Assembly (NCBI RefSeq): GCF_030684315.1
Contig: NC_081378.1
Coordinates: 23,422,571 to 23,486,570 of the forward strand
DNA: 64,000 nt
DNA from: Stegostoma tigrinum
Taxonomy: Eukaryota
Direction of reading: 5' to 3'
Positions 63,201 through 64,000 of the stretch are shown here, piece by piece. The notes beneath the pieces were generated by a model. That model was not told where the DNA came from, ran no database searches, and worked only from the letters and a program-made list of their open reading frames with translations. How positions within the stretch are numbered: the stretch's first letter is position 1; every line of letters begins with the position of its first letter. The position numbers were made by a program, and so were the translations under genes.

Positions 63201-64000
63201 TGCGTATTCTACCTGAAGGTAGGTCCTTGGCTCATTGTTTACTGATGATCCCTCTTGAGCCATTTTTCTTTGCAGTTTTCTTCTATCAATGGTAGTTTCC
63301 CATTTTCTGCTGCCGGAGATTGGATGAGGAGCAAGGTCTAAATCTACTTCAAATGAAACAGGAATTAAACCCATGATGTTGGAGTTATTCTAAACCAATA
63401 TCTGGCCAGCATAGCTAATCTGCCCATCAAGGAATGATTACATATGTGAGAAAGTTGTGTAGTGTAATTGTGAATTGGAAGGCAAGAAGCTAGAATTTGT
63501 TTGCAAAAGAAATGATAAGGGAGAAGAGTGTGTGGCTCCTTTAAGGGATAAAGAGCTTTTCTAAGCTTAGAGATTTATACAGAAAATGTGCCTCAGCAGC
63601 TTAAAGGTTACAGCCAGTTCTGTAATTGAAACACATATCAGTTGGCTATGTAGTTGGAAACCTCAGGCTTGTTTTTATGTTTTGGCAATTAGCTGGAATC
63701 AGCCAATTGAATTTAAACTTGTTGGTTTTGACGATCTAAAAACAAAGCAATTGTAAGAAATTCGATATGACGCCCAAGCTATACAAGAAGAGGGTTTTGA
63801 AAATAAGTGTGAGAGCAAACTGCTGTCTGAGAAATAAGCGTATAGCTCTCACAAGAAATCACTAAGCTGTCAAAGAAAGCACCATCTATCCATAAAAGGT
63901 ACCATGGCACTTCTAGCTAAATGTCCTCAAAGAAGACTTCACAGACTAAACATCCATGACAGCTGGATTAGTGGAAGAAAGGCATTTATGTCCTGAGAAC

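Noticed and set aside
53510-64000. Next reelin exon (FTGD...MRYVETQSM) or another gene
   Set aside because: No matching peptide with splice sites found by eye, and the ORFs here are short and featureless. The exon probably lies beyond the window. Likewise no earlier exon was found in 1-7910.
62815-64000. LTR-like stretches starting tgtaac and tgtgag (similar impression at 32820-33320)
   Set aside because: No paired end, TSD or internal coding sequence could be demonstrated.

Overview
Vertebrate genomic DNA, very likely a shark or other cartilaginous fish judging from the repeat families (a carpet shark is only a guess). The window lies inside the reelin (RELN) gene on the + strand. Ten internal coding exons are readable (7911-53509), all GT-AG and phase-compatible, totalling 1559 nt. 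They correspond to human exons ~11-20 (numbering from memory): the end of the N-terminal region, reelin repeat 1 with its EGF module, and the start of repeat 2. The introns hold decayed CR1, RTE and L2 LINEs, SINEs, a Harbinger-type remnant, and a Gypsy element with integrase placed before RT (Gmr1-like). The most notable signal is a set of young Penelope-like elements (PLEs; RT + GIY-YIG) carrying a minimal hammerhead-ribozyme motif. Two insertions are 5'-to-5' inverted pairs, each bounded by a single target-site duplication (TSD). One single copy is nested in frame in the Gypsy integrase. Several 60-250 bp non-coding derivatives show the same hammerhead-bearing end and 11-16 bp TSDs, and two of them repeat the palindromic layout. 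No prokaryotic features, CRISPR arrays, rRNA or tRNA genes were seen. Boundaries of old repeats are approximate and were read by eye.
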